A stretch of 64,000 nucleotides of DNA, taken from NCBI GenBank assembly GCA_963822965.1, contig CAWGJT010000010.1, forward strand, positions 896,001 through 960,000, written 5' to 3'. The first letter of the stretch is position 1; every line of letters starts with the position of its first letter. A program made the position numbers and the translations under genes. Below, piece by piece: positions 9,056 to 20,088 of this stretch. The DNA comes from an uncultured delta proteobacterium. Lineage in GTDB: Bacteria; Myxococcota_A; UBA9160; UBA4427. The notes under the pieces are model-generated. The model worked only from the letters and a program-made list of their open reading frames with translations, did no database searches and was not told the origin of the DNA.

Positions 9056-10219
9056 TCAGGCCGGCTCTTCGTTGGGGCCGACGTTCTGGAACCGCTCGTT
9101 GACCAGGCGGATGCCGGGCACGACCTTCGCGACCCAGCCCGTGAAGGCCAGCGCGACGACCCACATCGGCAGCAGGAGACCGGCTGCGATCCACGCTGCG
9201 GCGAAGAAGGGGATGCGAAGCATCGCGTTCCGCTGCCGCTGCGGGATCGCGTCCTTGCCCGGCCTCTGGTCGAAGGGAACGGGCCGGAGAAACCAGCCGT
9301 TGGCGACGAGCAGGGCGACGAAGAGCGGCCAGGGCACCGGTGGCGAGTCCAGCACGGGATCGGTGTCGGGCGGCGCGTCCAGCGCATCGTGCGGCTCCCG
9401 GAGCGCGGCTTGGACCCGGCTCCACACGTGAGAGGGGGTCGGACGGGCGATCGCGCCGCCGAGGTTCTTGCGATTCGGCCGACAACGCCAGCGATACAGG
9501 ACCCGGCCCTCCCGGCTGAGCCCGAGCACCCCGGGCTGGAAGTAGCCCTTCGGATGCGACAACACCCAGGTCGGCCCGGACTCGACGATGTCGCCACCCC
9601 AGTGGTTGGTGAAGAGGCAGAGCCACCCCCGATCGGCGCACGCGCCGGCGATCTCCTGGTGTGGATCGCCGACGTGCTCGATGCCGGTCTCCCAGTCTCT
9701 CTGGGCGTTGCCGGCGAGCGACTGGGGCTCGCTGGTGATCGCGTAGATCTCGCCGCCCGCCTTGCGGATTGCATCGACGACTCCCGCCTTCCCGTAGCCG
9801 CGCAACTCGCGGCGACAGGGCGGTCACCAGAAGCCTCGGTAGAACACGAGAACCACGAACGAGTGCTGTGCGAGGATCCGCGTCAGCCAACCCGCTCGGA
9901 CTCCGACCGGCGGATCGAGAAGTGGCGCCGGCGAGCCGACGTCAGGGGTGGAATCCTCGAGGAGCGTCACCTCGAAACCGTGGCTCGCAAGCTCGACCTC
10001 GAAACGCTCGTGCAGGCAAACGTCCTGGCCATCCCGAGTCCCGCACAGGATCAGCTCGAGCTGACGTGCGTGGGTCGTCGAATCCCGTTCGCGAACTTCA
10101 TCGGGATCGACGATCCCGGTGAGCTTGAAATCGGTACCGCGGTCCCGGGCGAACCAGGCCCGTGCTGCCTCGGCCTCATCAACCAGGTTGGCGGGAATCG
10201 ACTCTTCGACTCGGGGCAT
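9056..10219 (-). CDS. Selenoprotein: N-terminal unknown domain + AhpC/peroxiredoxin-like domain (UxxC) + C-terminal TM helices
   Basis: ORFs 9824..10276 and 9056..9805 are in frame across TGA 9824-9826, giving VVLVFYRGFW-U-PPCRREL; SECIS-like hairpin follows. Confidence 0.85.
9797..9813 (-). promoter_or_regulatory. SECIS-like hairpin
   Basis: GCCGCG-AGTTG-CGCGGC starting 11 nt after the UGA. Confidence 0.7.
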
Positions 10220-10469
10220 GGACTCATTCTCCGGGCACACGACTGCGAGCGAGATCGGGATTGCGAAATTACGCATCCAGTCGATCGTTGCTGGTCAGCT
10301 TACCTTCTCCCGCAGAAGGCTCAGCTGGCGCTCGAGAAGCTCCTGAGTGGCAACGGATCAGGGTCCAGCACAGCCCAGGCAGTCGCAACTACAAGATGGA
10401 AGGGACGGCCGAGTTGGCCCTGGAAGCGGATACGCCCGGCCTGCCACCGCACGGAGCCCCATCTCGGCC

Positions 10470-12032
10470 TCAGACGATCCGGCTGTTCTTCTCGCCCCAG
10501 TAGCGATCCCTGAGCAGGCGCTTGTACAGCTTTCCGGTGGGGAGACGAGGGAGCTCGACCTCGAAGTCGATCGACCGCGGGCACTTGTAGGGCGCCAGTC
10601 GCTCTCGCGCGAACGCGATCAGCTCATCCGCCAGCTTCGAGTCCGCGTCGACGCCTGCCACGGGCTGGACGACCGCCTTCACCTCTTCTCCGAACTCAGG
10701 ATTCGGCACGCCGATCACGGCCACGTCGTCGACCATGGGGTGCATGATCAGCTCGTTCTCGATCTCCTGGGGATAGATGTTGACGCCGCCCGAGATGATC
10801 ATGAACGAGGCCCGATCGGTCAGGTAGAGGTAGCCCTCATCGTCCACGTAGCCGACGTCGCCAAGAGCCGTCCACGTGGGATGCACCGGATGCTGCGCGC
10901 TCCGCGTCTTCTCCGGGTCCTTGTGGTAGGAAAACGGCACCTCGTCTCGCTCGAAGTACACGATGCCTGCCTCTCCGGTCGGCAGCTCCGCACCGTCCTC
11001 GTTGCAGATGCGGAGCTTGCCCATCACCGCACGGCCGACCGTCCCAGGATGGGCCAGCCAGTCCTCCGGACCCACGTACGTCAAGCCGTTCGTCTCGGTT
11101 CCCGCGTAGTACTCGTGCAAGATCGGTCCCCACCAGGCGAACATCTCTTCCTTCACTTTTCGCGGGCAGGGTGCGGCTGCGTGGATCGCCAGTTGGTGCG
11201 CGGAGAGATCGAAGCGTGCGCGCTCCTCCTCCGGAAGCTTGAGCATGCGCGAGAACATCGTGGGGACCCACTGGCTGTGGGTGACTGCGTACTGTTCGAG
11301 CGCCCGCAACGCGTCGAGGGCGTCGAAGCGATCCATCATCACGGCTGTGCCGCCGAGAGACTGGATGGCCGTGCTGAAGCCGATGGGTGCAGAGTGGTAG
11401 AGAGGGGCGGGTGAGAGGTACACCGAGTCTGCGTCCGCGCGAAAGAGGCGCTTCAGCGTGACGCCCATCGCCAAGCCGCCCGAGACCGGCCGGCCCGAGA
11501 GAGGGCGTGCGATTCCTTTCGGTCGACCGGTGGTTCCCGAGCTATAGAGCATGAACTCGCCGAGCGGCTCCTCTTCGAGGGGCTTGGCCGGGTGCTCACC
11601 GAGAGCCTCCTCGTAGCTCTCGAACCGGCTCGAGGCGGGCTCGGGCGGACCGCCGACCACCAGAAAGCGCCCGCAGTCCGGCGCGTGCTCGGGGATCTCC
11701 GAAGCGGCCTCGTGGACTGCACGCGACGAGACCAGCACCTGCGCGCCGCAGTCGTCCACGATGTACCCCGCTTCCGGCCCGGTCAGGTAGCGGTTCACGG
11801 TCGTGAGGTAGAGCCCGGATCGTAACGCCGCCCAGACGACCTCGAAGTAGCGGAGATGGTTCTCGAGGAAAACGGCGATGTGGTCGCCCGGGCGCAAGCC
11901 CTCGGACCAGAGGAGCTGTGCGAGCCGGCTGGAGCGGGCATCGAGGTCGGCGTAGGTCAGCACCTCGCCGGTGCGGGCATGGATGGCGGCGGGTTTGTCC
12001 GGGGTGTTCTGCGCGTGGAGTCCCGGATACAT
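10470..12032 (-). CDS. Acyl-CoA synthetase (AMP-binding)
   Basis: MLYSSGTTGRPKG, EYYAGTE, GDVGYVD, IISGGVNIYP, PTGKL. Confidence 0.95.
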   Translation of the reverse strand: MYPGLHAQNTPDKPAAIHARTGEVLTYADLDARSSRLAQLLWSEGLRPGDHIAVFLENHLRYFEVVWAALRSGLYLTTVNRYLTGPEAGYIVDDCGAQVLVSSRAVHEAASEIPEHAPDCGRFLVVGGPPEPASSRFESYEEALGEHPAKPLEEEPLGEFMLYSSGTTGRPKGIARPLSGRPVSGGLAMGVTLKRLFRADADSVYLSPAPLYHSAPIGFSTAIQSLGGTAVMMDRFDALDALRALEQYAVTHSQWVPTMFSRMLKLPEEERARFDLSAHQLAIHAAAPCPRKVKEEMFAWWGPILHEYYAGTETNGLTYVGPEDWLAHPGTVGRAVMGKLRICNEDGAELPTGEAGIVYFERDEVPFSYHKDPEKTRSAQHPVHPTWTALGDVGYVDDEGYLYLTDRASFMIISGGVNIYPQEIENELIMHPMVDDVAVIGVPNPEFGEEVKAVVQPVAGVDADSKLADELIAFARERLAPYKCPRSIDFEVELPRLPTGKLYKRLLRDRYWGEKNSRIV

Positions 12033-12071
12033 GCGCGTCCTCCTCCGGCGGCACCGTTACAAGCTACCGAA

Positions 12072-12083
12072 ACTATGATACTA
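12072..12083. promoter_or_regulatory. Putative shared operator/promoter 12-mer ACTATGATACTA (copy 1)
   Basis: Identical AT-rich 12-mer at 20089-20100; both copies lie in divergent intergenic gaps. Confidence 0.5.
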
Positions 12084-12150
12084 AATGAGGCGCCGCAAGG
12101 GACTGCGCGCTCCGGGTTGCCGCGCAGGTCGCGTGAGGGAGGAAGCCGCC

Positions 12151-13332
12151 ATGGCCAGCTACCCCGGCGAGATCTTCGACGCCGACAACCACTACTACGA
12201 GGCGCACGACGCATTCATCCGCCACGTGCCGAAGCGGATGCGATCCCGCTGTGTGGAGTGGATCGAGCTCGAGGGGGGACGCAAGTACCAGGTCGTCGGC
12301 GGCAAGATCGATCGCTCCGCAAATCCGACCTTCAACCCCATCTCTAAGCCGGGCGTGTTGCGCGAGTACTTCGGCGGTAACCCACGCGGCATGACCAGCG
12401 CCGAGCTGATCCGCTCTTCGCTCGAGCCGATGCCGCCCGAGTACATGGACCGCGACGCGCGGATCGCGCGCATGGACGCGCAGGGACTCGCCGGGGCCTG
12501 GTTGTTCCCCACGCTGGGCGTTCTCTACGAGGAGCCGCTGAAGAAGGACGTGGATGCGCTGTGCACCACGTATAGCGCCTTCAACCAATGGCTGGACGAG
12601 GACTGGGGGCTCACCTACAAGGACCGCATCTTCACCTCGCCCTACATCACCCTGGCCGATGTCGACTGGGCGTGCGAGCAGCTCGAGTGGGCGCTCGCGC
12701 GCGACGCGCGCATCCTGGTGATGCGACCCAGCGCCGTATTCACGCGAAACGGACCGCGCAACCCGGGCCACAAGGACTTCGATCGCTTCTGGGCCCGGGT
12801 GAACGAGGCTGGCATCACCGTCGTGACCCACATCGGCGCCACCCGGCACGACAGCAACGGCTACGACACCCGAAGCATCGATGCCCTCGCCCTCGGGCCG
12901 CGACCGAACGTCACCAACTTCCATCGCGCCCGAAACATCAACGATTTCCTGGCCAGCATGGTCTTCGACCGGCTGTTCGAACGTTTCCCCAACCTGCGGG
13001 TCGCTTCGGTCGAGAACGGCGCCGAGTTTCTCGGTGATCTGCTGCGCAGCCTCGACCGCACCAAGAACCGCGTTCGCGGATACTTCAAGGAAGATCCCGT
13101 CGACCTCTTTCGGGAGCACGTCTTCATCAATCCCTTCTGGGAGGACGACATTGCCGAGGTGGTCTCACACATGGGCGCCGATCGGGTGATCCTCGGTTCG
13201 GACTGGCCCCATATGGAGGGCTTGGAACACCCGCGAGACATCCTCGAGGAGCTGGATGGGATCGTGGCCGCGGACCAGGAGAAGATCCTGTATCGGAACG
13301 CGGCGGGGTTGAACGAGCGTCGCCCTCTCTGA
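12151..13332 (+). CDS. Amidohydrolase family (Amidohydro_2)
   Basis: FDADNHYYE, SVENG, GSDWPHMEG. Confidence 0.9.
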   Translation: MASYPGEIFDADNHYYEAHDAFIRHVPKRMRSRCVEWIELEGGRKYQVVGGKIDRSANPTFNPISKPGVLREYFGGNPRGMTSAELIRSSLEPMPPEYMDRDARIARMDAQGLAGAWLFPTLGVLYEEPLKKDVDALCTTYSAFNQWLDEDWGLTYKDRIFTSPYITLADVDWACEQLEWALARDARILVMRPSAVFTRNGPRNPGHKDFDRFWARVNEAGITVVTHIGATRHDSNGYDTRSIDALALGPRPNVTNFHRARNINDFLASMVFDRLFERFPNLRVASVENGAEFLGDLLRSLDRTKNRVRGYFKEDPVDLFREHVFINPFWEDDIAEVVSHMGADRVILGSDWPHMEGLEHPRDILEELDGIVAADQEKILYRNAAGLNERRPL

Positions 13333-13360
13333 CAGGCCTGATTCCATGGGAGGTGTGCTG

Positions 13361-14632
13361 ATGACCGAGATCGACGGCTTCGAGCTGATTGCGCCGAAGG
13401 CCTACGGAGAGCACGGCGTTCCCCACGATCAGTGGCGCGAGCTGCGAAAGCTGGATCGGCTGCACCATTGCGCACCCGAGGGCTTCGACGCCTTCTATCC
13501 CGTCGTCCGTCACGCAGAGATCTGCGAGATCTCCAAGCAGCCGGACCTCTTCCTGAATCGGTTCGGCATCGTTCTGGAGAGCCAAGAGCAGAAGCGCATC
13601 ATCGAGGCCGACCAGGGCATCGGCCAGATGCGCGTGATCATCGGTATGGATCCACCCGAGCACCGCGACTACCGCAAGGTCGCGGTCCCCTGGTTCACGC
13701 CACGCGCCATCGAGCGGATCTCGCCCATCGTCGAGGAGAGCGCACGAGATCTCGTCGACGCACTGGTCGAGCGCGCCAGCGGCGGCGAAGGCGAGTGCGA
13801 GTTCGCGAACGAGGTTGCCGCCGCGCACCCACTGCGTGTCCTCTCGACCATCCTCGGCGTGCCGCGCGAGCAGGAGCCCCAGATCCTCCGGCTCACCAAC
13901 GAGCTCTTCGGCGGGGACGATCCCGACCTTCAGCGCGACGGCGGGGACCGAAACAAGGCGGTGCAGGAGCTGGCCATGGAGTTCTTCCAGCTCTTTAGTG
14001 GCATCATCGAAGAGCGGCGCGCGAATCCCACGGACGACCTGGCGAGCCTGCTCGCCAATGGCAAGGTGAACGATGAGCCGATGGGGCTGATGGAGACTCT
14101 CGGCTACTACCTGATCACGTTCTCGGCTGGTCACGACACGACGAAGAACGCCCTGGCGGGCGGGATATGTGCCCTGGCCCAGCACCCGGACGAGTTCGAC
14201 AAGCTCAAGCGCAATCCGGAACTGGTTTCGAGCGCCGTCGAGGAAATCGTGCGCTGGACCTCGCCCGTCAACTACATGAAGCGGGTCGTGGCGGAGGATC
14301 TGGAGTTCCGAGGACAGAAGCTCCGCAAAGGGGAGAACCTCGTGCTCTTCTACGCCTCGGCGAATCGCGATGAGGCGGTCTTCGAGGATCCGTACAGCTT
14401 CCGCATCGACCGCGATCCGAACCCGCACCTCGCCTTCGGGATCGGCGAGCACTTCTGCCTCGGTACCCACCTGGCTCGTCAGTCGCAGCGCGCACTGCTG
14501 CGGGAGATGATCGGCCGGATCGACGCCCTGGAGCTCGCTGGCGATCCCGTCCAGATTGCGTCCAGCTTCGTCGTGGGCTTGAAACGGCTCCCCATTCGCT
14601 ATCGACTTGGTCGGGCCAACAGTCTCGATTGA
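13361..14632 (+). CDS. Cytochrome P450
   Basis: AGHDTT, EEIVR, HLAFGIGEHFCLG. Confidence 0.95.
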   Translation: MTEIDGFELIAPKAYGEHGVPHDQWRELRKLDRLHHCAPEGFDAFYPVVRHAEICEISKQPDLFLNRFGIVLESQEQKRIIEADQGIGQMRVIIGMDPPEHRDYRKVAVPWFTPRAIERISPIVEESARDLVDALVERASGGEGECEFANEVAAAHPLRVLSTILGVPREQEPQILRLTNELFGGDDPDLQRDGGDRNKAVQELAMEFFQLFSGIIEERRANPTDDLASLLANGKVNDEPMGLMETLGYYLITFSAGHDTTKNALAGGICALAQHPDEFDKLKRNPELVSSAVEEIVRWTSPVNYMKRVVAEDLEFRGQKLRKGENLVLFYASANRDEAVFEDPYSFRIDRDPNPHLAFGIGEHFCLGTHLARQSQRALLREMIGRIDALELAGDPVQIASSFVVGLKRLPIRYRLGRANSLD

Positions 14633-14642
14633 TGGGGGCAAC

Positions 14643-15692
14643 ATGAAGCTCGGATTGATGCTCGGATACTCCGGGGCGGAGATGAGGCTGCCCGTAGATC
14701 TGGTGCAACGCGCGGAGGCTCTGGGCTTCGACTCGGTCTGGACCGCCGAGGCCTACGGATCCGATGCGACCTCGCCGCTCGCGTACCTGGCAGCAGTGAC
14801 CCGGCGGATTCGGCTGGGCACCTCGATCATGCAGCTGGCCGGGCGCACGCCGGCCATGGCGGCGATGCAGGCGGCCACCATCGACGCGCTCGCTGGCGGA
14901 GGTCGCTTCGTCGCGGGGCTCGGGGTCAGTGGTCCGCAGATCGTGGAAGGCTGGTATGGCCAGCCCTGGGGCCGTCCCTATTGGCGGATTCGCGACTACG
15001 TCTCGATCATGCGCAAGATCTTCGAACGCGAGGAGCCGGTCACCCACGACGGCAAGGAGATCTCGCTTCCCTACAAGGGCGTTGGGGCCATGGGAATCGG
15101 CAAGCCGCTCAAGTCGATCCTCCACATGAACCCGAAGATTCCCATCTGGCTGGGGACCGGCAGCGAGAGCAACGTACGACTCACTGCGGAGATCGCCGAC
15201 GGTTGGTTCCCGCTGGCCTTCGTGCCCGGCATGATGGACATCTACCGACCGTGGCTCGAGGAGGGCTTTCGGCGCGCCGGAGGTGGAAAGGCCTTTTCGA
15301 ACTTCGAGATCCAGCCCGGCGTGACGGTCATCGTGACCGACGAGATCGAGCAGGCTTTCGATCGCATGAAGCCGGGCATCGCGCTCTACGTGGGCGGGAT
15401 GGGCCATCGTGACAAGAACTTCCACAACGACATGATGGTACGCCGCGGCTACCCAGAGGCGGCGCGGAAGATTCAGGAACTCTACCTGGCGGGACGGAAA
15501 CGCGAGGCCCTCGAGGCCGTGCCGAACGAGTACTGCGACGAGGCCTCGCTGGTCGGGCCGCCGGCTCGCATCCGCGATCGTTACAAGGAGTGGGAGGCTT
15601 CGGGCGCCACCGGCTTGACGCTCTCATGCGGGCAGGTGGAGGGCCTGGAGCTGATGGCCGAGCTGACGGGAAGCCGCGACCGCGCTGCCTAG
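14643..15692 (+). CDS. LLM-class (probably F420-dependent) oxidoreductase
   Basis: GFDSVWTAEAYGSDA, GLGVSGPQIVEGWYG. Confidence 0.9.
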   Translation: MKLGLMLGYSGAEMRLPVDLVQRAEALGFDSVWTAEAYGSDATSPLAYLAAVTRRIRLGTSIMQLAGRTPAMAAMQAATIDALAGGGRFVAGLGVSGPQIVEGWYGQPWGRPYWRIRDYVSIMRKIFEREEPVTHDGKEISLPYKGVGAMGIGKPLKSILHMNPKIPIWLGTGSESNVRLTAEIADGWFPLAFVPGMMDIYRPWLEEGFRRAGGGKAFSNFEIQPGVTVIVTDEIEQAFDRMKPGIALYVGGMGHRDKNFHNDMMVRRGYPEAARKIQELYLAGRKREALEAVPNEYCDEASLVGPPARIRDRYKEWEASGATGLTLSCGQVEGLELMAELTGSRDRAA

Positions 15693-15772
15693 GCCCGCTC
15701 CTCGCTCGAGTTCGGAACCGAAGGAGCGAGCTGGCTCCGCGTACGCGATCAGCCAAGGAGGACAGTGCAGGT

Positions 15773-16669
15773 ATGGATTCGAAAACGGGCTACCTCGAGA
15801 TCCGCTATGAAGTCGAAGACGGAAGGGCACGCATCACGCTTGCCCGTCCCAAGACGCACAACGCGATGACGCCCCGGCTTCTGGAGGAGCTCGAGCATGC
15901 CCTCTTGGAGGCGGATGAAGACTGTGCCGTTCACAGCGTGATCCTGAGAGGGGAGGGTGCCTCGTTCTGCTCGGGCTACGACCTCACGACCCTCGGCGGC
16001 AAGAAGCGGCCGGGCCATCGAACAGGGCGTACGCACGACGACGACATCTGGCTGATCGAACAGAACAACCGCCGTATCCGGACGCTTTGGGAGATGCACA
16101 AACCGTCCATCGCACAAGTTCACGGCAACTGTCTCGCCGGAGGGACTGATCTCGCCCTGGCATGTGACCTCGTCATCGCGGCTGAGGATGCTCGCATCGG
16201 CTTCCCGGCTGCGCGCGCAATGGGCGCTCTGCCCAACAACCTCTGGATGTACCACTGCGGCCCGCAATGGGCGAAGCGGCTGCAGCTGACCGGGGACTCC
16301 GTGACGGGGGCGGACGCGGAGAAGATCGGCCTGGTGATGAAGGCGGTGCCCGCGGACGTGCTCGAGGACGAGGTGGAGGGCCTGGCCGACCGCTTCAGCC
16401 TGATCGACCCCGACCTGCTCTCGGCCAACAAGCGCATCACCAACCTCGCTCTCGAGCTGATGGGTGCACAGACGCTCCAGCGGCTGGCCGGCGAGAACGA
16501 CGCCCGCGCACATCGTTCCCAGGCGGTGCGGAACTACGGCCGGAGCGTCAAGGAAAACGGCCTCAAAGAGACGCTCCGTCGGCGTGACGAGCCCTTCGGC
16601 GAGGGCTACGCCCGGGTGGGCAGGCCCGAGGGTCGCAGCGCGGGGGTCCGAGCGGCGCTCGAGCGCTGA
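15773..16669 (+). CDS. Crotonase/enoyl-CoA hydratase family
   Basis: FCSGYDL, QVHGNCLAGGTDLALACD. Confidence 0.9.
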   Translation: MDSKTGYLEIRYEVEDGRARITLARPKTHNAMTPRLLEELEHALLEADEDCAVHSVILRGEGASFCSGYDLTTLGGKKRPGHRTGRTHDDDIWLIEQNNRRIRTLWEMHKPSIAQVHGNCLAGGTDLALACDLVIAAEDARIGFPAARAMGALPNNLWMYHCGPQWAKRLQLTGDSVTGADAEKIGLVMKAVPADVLEDEVEGLADRFSLIDPDLLSANKRITNLALELMGAQTLQRLAGENDARAHRSQAVRNYGRSVKENGLKETLRRRDEPFGEGYARVGRPEGRSAGVRAALER

Positions 16670-16722
16670 GCATCCATCGGCCGCCCGTCCCGCCATTCGC
16701 CCTCGACGCCCATCGATTCTAG

Positions 16723-17864
16723 TGTGTCCTATGCCGCATAGGTCTAGACAGTTTAGGCCGTCTCATGAGCTGCTCCCCATAGGATCGAGGCGGGTACTCG
16801 CCCCCGAGTTCGGTACCCGCGGTGCGGGCGGTGGTGATTGTAGAGCCTGAGGTAGCCCTGCAGCGATCGTTCCAGCTGGGCGATGCGCGTGAAGTAGCGG
16901 CGCCGGAACTCGACGCGCCAGTGCTCGTGCAGGATGGTGCCCTGGACGCGCTCGACGAAGCCGTTGGTGAAGGGGTGCCGCGGCTTGGTGCGGGTGTGTC
17001 GGATGCCGAGTTCCCTGCAGGTTCGCCGGAACTCGCCCTTGAACTCGCTCCCGCCGTCCGTGAGAGCGCGCTGCAGGGGCCAGCCGGCCCGTTCGAGATC
17101 GGCCACGACCTCTCGCAGGAACGCAGACGCCACAGCGGCTCTGGGGTCCCCGAGGAAGATCTTCGCCCAGGTGAACGAGGAAGCGGTGTCGCAGGCGGTG
17201 ATCTGCCAGACCTTCCCGACGCCCTTCAAGTGTCCGATGTAGAAGCAGTCGAGTCCGACGAGCTCGCCAGGCACTTCGGCCTCGATCTGGGCTCTCGAGG
17301 GCGTGGGACGGGCCTTCTCGAGCGTACGGCGCGTTCGCTCGGTGAGCAGCCCGGCCTTGGCCGCGCTGTGCTGCTCGAGCACGCCGAAGCGTTGCGCACG
17401 GGTGCCGAGCTTCTGGCGCCTGAGGGCGCGGTACACGGTGCTGGGCGCGACCTCGATCCCGTCGAGCGCCAGCTGATCCGAGATCCGCTGAGGCCCCCAG
17501 GCAGGCTCCGCGAGTGCCAGGGCGAGGATGCGGCGCTCCACGACGGCATCGAGCGCCGGCGGTCGCCCCGGCCGCCCGCGGCGATGCTTGGGGTGAAGCC
17601 CTTCGGGTCCGTACCGGAGGAACCGAGAACGAAGCTGGTAGAAGAGCGACCGCGCGATGCCGGCTTCCCGGCAAGCTGCGCTCACGTTGCCGAGTTGCTC
17701 CGCCCGGCGGAACAAACGAAGGCGCTGAAGGTGTACCCTGTCGTCGAGGGTCATCGATCCCCCTCCCAAGTTGGTGTGTGGCAACAACAACTTAGGAAAA
17801 GGGGGCCGATGGCCCTCCCCTCGTTAGACTCGAAGGTGTCTAGACCTTTGAGACACAGTTCAGT
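16723..17864 (-). mobile_element. IS481-family insertion sequence
   Basis: Imperfect 26-bp IRs (TGTCCTATGCCGCATAGGTCTAGACA at 16725-16750; reverse complement of 17837-17862 is TGAACTGTGTCTCAAAGGTCTAGACA, 20/26 identical); CTAG next to both ends. Confidence 0.85.
16753..17754 (-). CDS. IS481-family DDE transposase
   Basis: HTH (LGNVSAACREAGI), GELVGLD, LTDGGSEF, TNGFVER, YNHHRPHRG. Confidence 0.92.
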   Translation of the reverse strand: MTLDDRVHLQRLRLFRRAEQLGNVSAACREAGIARSLFYQLRSRFLRYGPEGLHPKHRRGRPGRPPALDAVVERRILALALAEPAWGPQRISDQLALDGIEVAPSTVYRALRRQKLGTRAQRFGVLEQHSAAKAGLLTERTRRTLEKARPTPSRAQIEAEVPGELVGLDCFYIGHLKGVGKVWQITACDTASSFTWAKIFLGDPRAAVASAFLREVVADLERAGWPLQRALTDGGSEFKGEFRRTCRELGIRHTRTKPRHPFTNGFVERVQGTILHEHWRVEFRRRYFTRIAQLERSLQGYLRLYNHHRPHRGYRTRGRVPASILWGAAHETA

Positions 17865-17884
17865 CTAGACGCAACGGATCTTCC

Positions 17885-20050
17885 CTACTTGATCAATGGA
17901 TCCCGCGGTAGGCCGAGCAGCCTTTCGGCGATCTGGTTGCGGATGATCTCGGAGGTGCCCCCGCCGATCGTGGCGCCCATCATCGCCAGGAGCCACGTCG
18001 ACACACGCCGCTCGTCGCCTTCCCGCACCGCTGCGGCGGGCCCGATGATTCGCGCCGCGATTCCGGCCTTGCGTTGGGCGACTTCGGAGCCGAGAAGCTT
18101 CGTGACGTTCGCCTCGGCGCCGGGCTCCGAGCCTTCGACGGCGCGAATCACGCCTCGGAGGTTCATCAGAGCGATCGATTCGGTCTCGGCGAGCGAGGCA
18201 CCCACCTCCCGGATCGCCCCGGCGTCATCGGCCGCGAACTTGTCGATCAGCTGCAGGAGATCCGGCCCGCCGGCCATTCCGCCTTCTGCGCCGCCGCCGA
18301 TCGAGACGCGCTCGTTGCCGAGCGTGTTGCGGGCGACCGTCCAACCCTGATCGACGGGCCCGACGACGTCGTCGTCCGGGACGAAGACCTCGTCGAAGAA
18401 GACCTCGTTGAAGTGCGAGTGTCCCGTGATCTGGCGCAGCGGGCGCACCTCGACACCTTCGGCGTGCAGGTCGATCACCATCATGGTGATGCCGGCGTGC
18501 TTGGGGGCGTCGGGGTTGGTCCGAACGGTCGCGAACCCGTGGCTACTGAGGTGTGCGTTGCTGGTCCACACCTTCTGTCCGGAGATGCGCCAGCCGCCGT
18601 CGACCTTGACACCGCGCGTCTGCACTGCGGCCGCGTCGGACCCCGCGCCGGGCTCGCTGAAGAGCTGGCAGAACTCGATCTCGCCCTCGAGGCTGGGTCG
18701 GACGAAGCGCTCCACCTGCTCGGGGCTGCCGTGCTGGGCGATGGTGAGGGTGTTCCAGCCGCTGATGCCGAGATCCGGCCGCCGTACGTCTCCGAACTCC
18801 TCCTCGATCACGAGCTGTTCGATCGGGCCCGCGTCGCGGCCCCAGGGCCTCGGCCAGTGGGGCACGAGGTAGCCGCTGTCGCTGAGAACCTTCCGTCTCG
18901 CCTCCTTGGGCAGGGCCTCGTACCTGCAGACGAAGGCCCGGGCATCTTCGCGGAAGGCTTCCGCTTCCGCTGGCAGCGCGACCGTGGCCTTGGTGCGCAC
19001 CCCGCGCGCCATGAGCCGCACGACGTCTTCGCGCGCCCGATCCACCGGTCCCGATCAGCGACTCGAGCGCAATCGCGCGGCGGAGGTAGAGGTGGGCGTC
19101 GTGCTCCCAGGTGTAGCCGATGCCGCCGTGCACCTGGATGTTCTGCTTCGCGCAGAAGGCGAAGGCAGGCAGGGCGAGACTGCTCGCGATGGCGGCTGCG
19201 AGCTCGGCCTCGTCGGGATCGAGATCTTCCCGCGCGGCGCCCCAGGCGCCTGCCGTCGCCTGCTCGGTCGCGACGAGCATGTTGGCGCAGTGGTGCTTGA
19301 CCGGGCCGAAGGTGCCGATCGGGCCGGCCGAACTGCACGCGCTCCTTCGCGTACGCGGTCGCCATCTCGGTGCAGGCGCGGGCGCCGCCCGCCGCCTCGG
19401 CCGCAGGAGAGTGTCCGGGCGAGGCGTTCGAGGGCGCTGCGGGCCCCGGGCAGGCGATTCGACGCCGAGACCTCGACCCCGTCGCAGCGAACGGCGGCGA
19501 CCCGCCGACTGGGATCCAGGTTCTTCTGGCGCTCGACCGAGAGGCCCGGCTGGTCCGGGGTGAGCAGCGCGACGTCGTCGCCCACGCAGACCGCGAAGAT
19601 CTGTGCGACTTCCGCGCCGAGCACGAGGCCGGCCGATCCGAGCAGCCGGCCGTCTTCGTCGTACGCGAGATCTCCGCCAAGACCGACGGCCCCGACGAGC
19701 GACCCGTCGGCGAGGCCGGGCAGGAGGGCTTCGCGTGCGACGTCGCTTCCGCACCGGGCGACGAGCGCTGCCGTCAGCGTGGTGGGCAGGAAGGGGCCCG
19801 GCGCCATCGCGAAGCCCAGCGCCTCGAGGACGATCGACAACTCTGGCAGCCCGAAGCCCTGGCCTCCATGGGCCTCGTCGACGTGCAGCCCCATCCATCC
19901 GAGCTCGGCCATTTCCTTCCAGAAGCTCGGCAAGCGATCGCTCGGCGCTTCGAGCAGGGCGCGCGATTCTTCACGCGCTCCGCTCGATTCGAGGAAGGCG
20001 CGGGCGACGCGGGCGAGCTCCTGATGTTCCTCGGTGAGGGCGATCGACAT
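17885..20050 (-). CDS. Two-domain acyl-CoA dehydrogenase (frameshifts near 19040-19410)
   Basis: MSIALTEEHQEL...; QFGR..IG.F..VKHHCA; QVHGGIGYTWEHDAHLY; FCQLFSEPGAGSD; TIGGGTSEIIRN. Confidence 0.85.
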
Positions 20051-20088
20051 GGGCTTCTCCGAGCTGCGGTGGTCGCTTTGTCAGCAAT

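Noticed and set aside
16753..17754. IS481 transposase as the island integrase
   Set aside because: It is a DDE enzyme with its own IRs, not a tRNA-targeting Tyr/Ser recombinase
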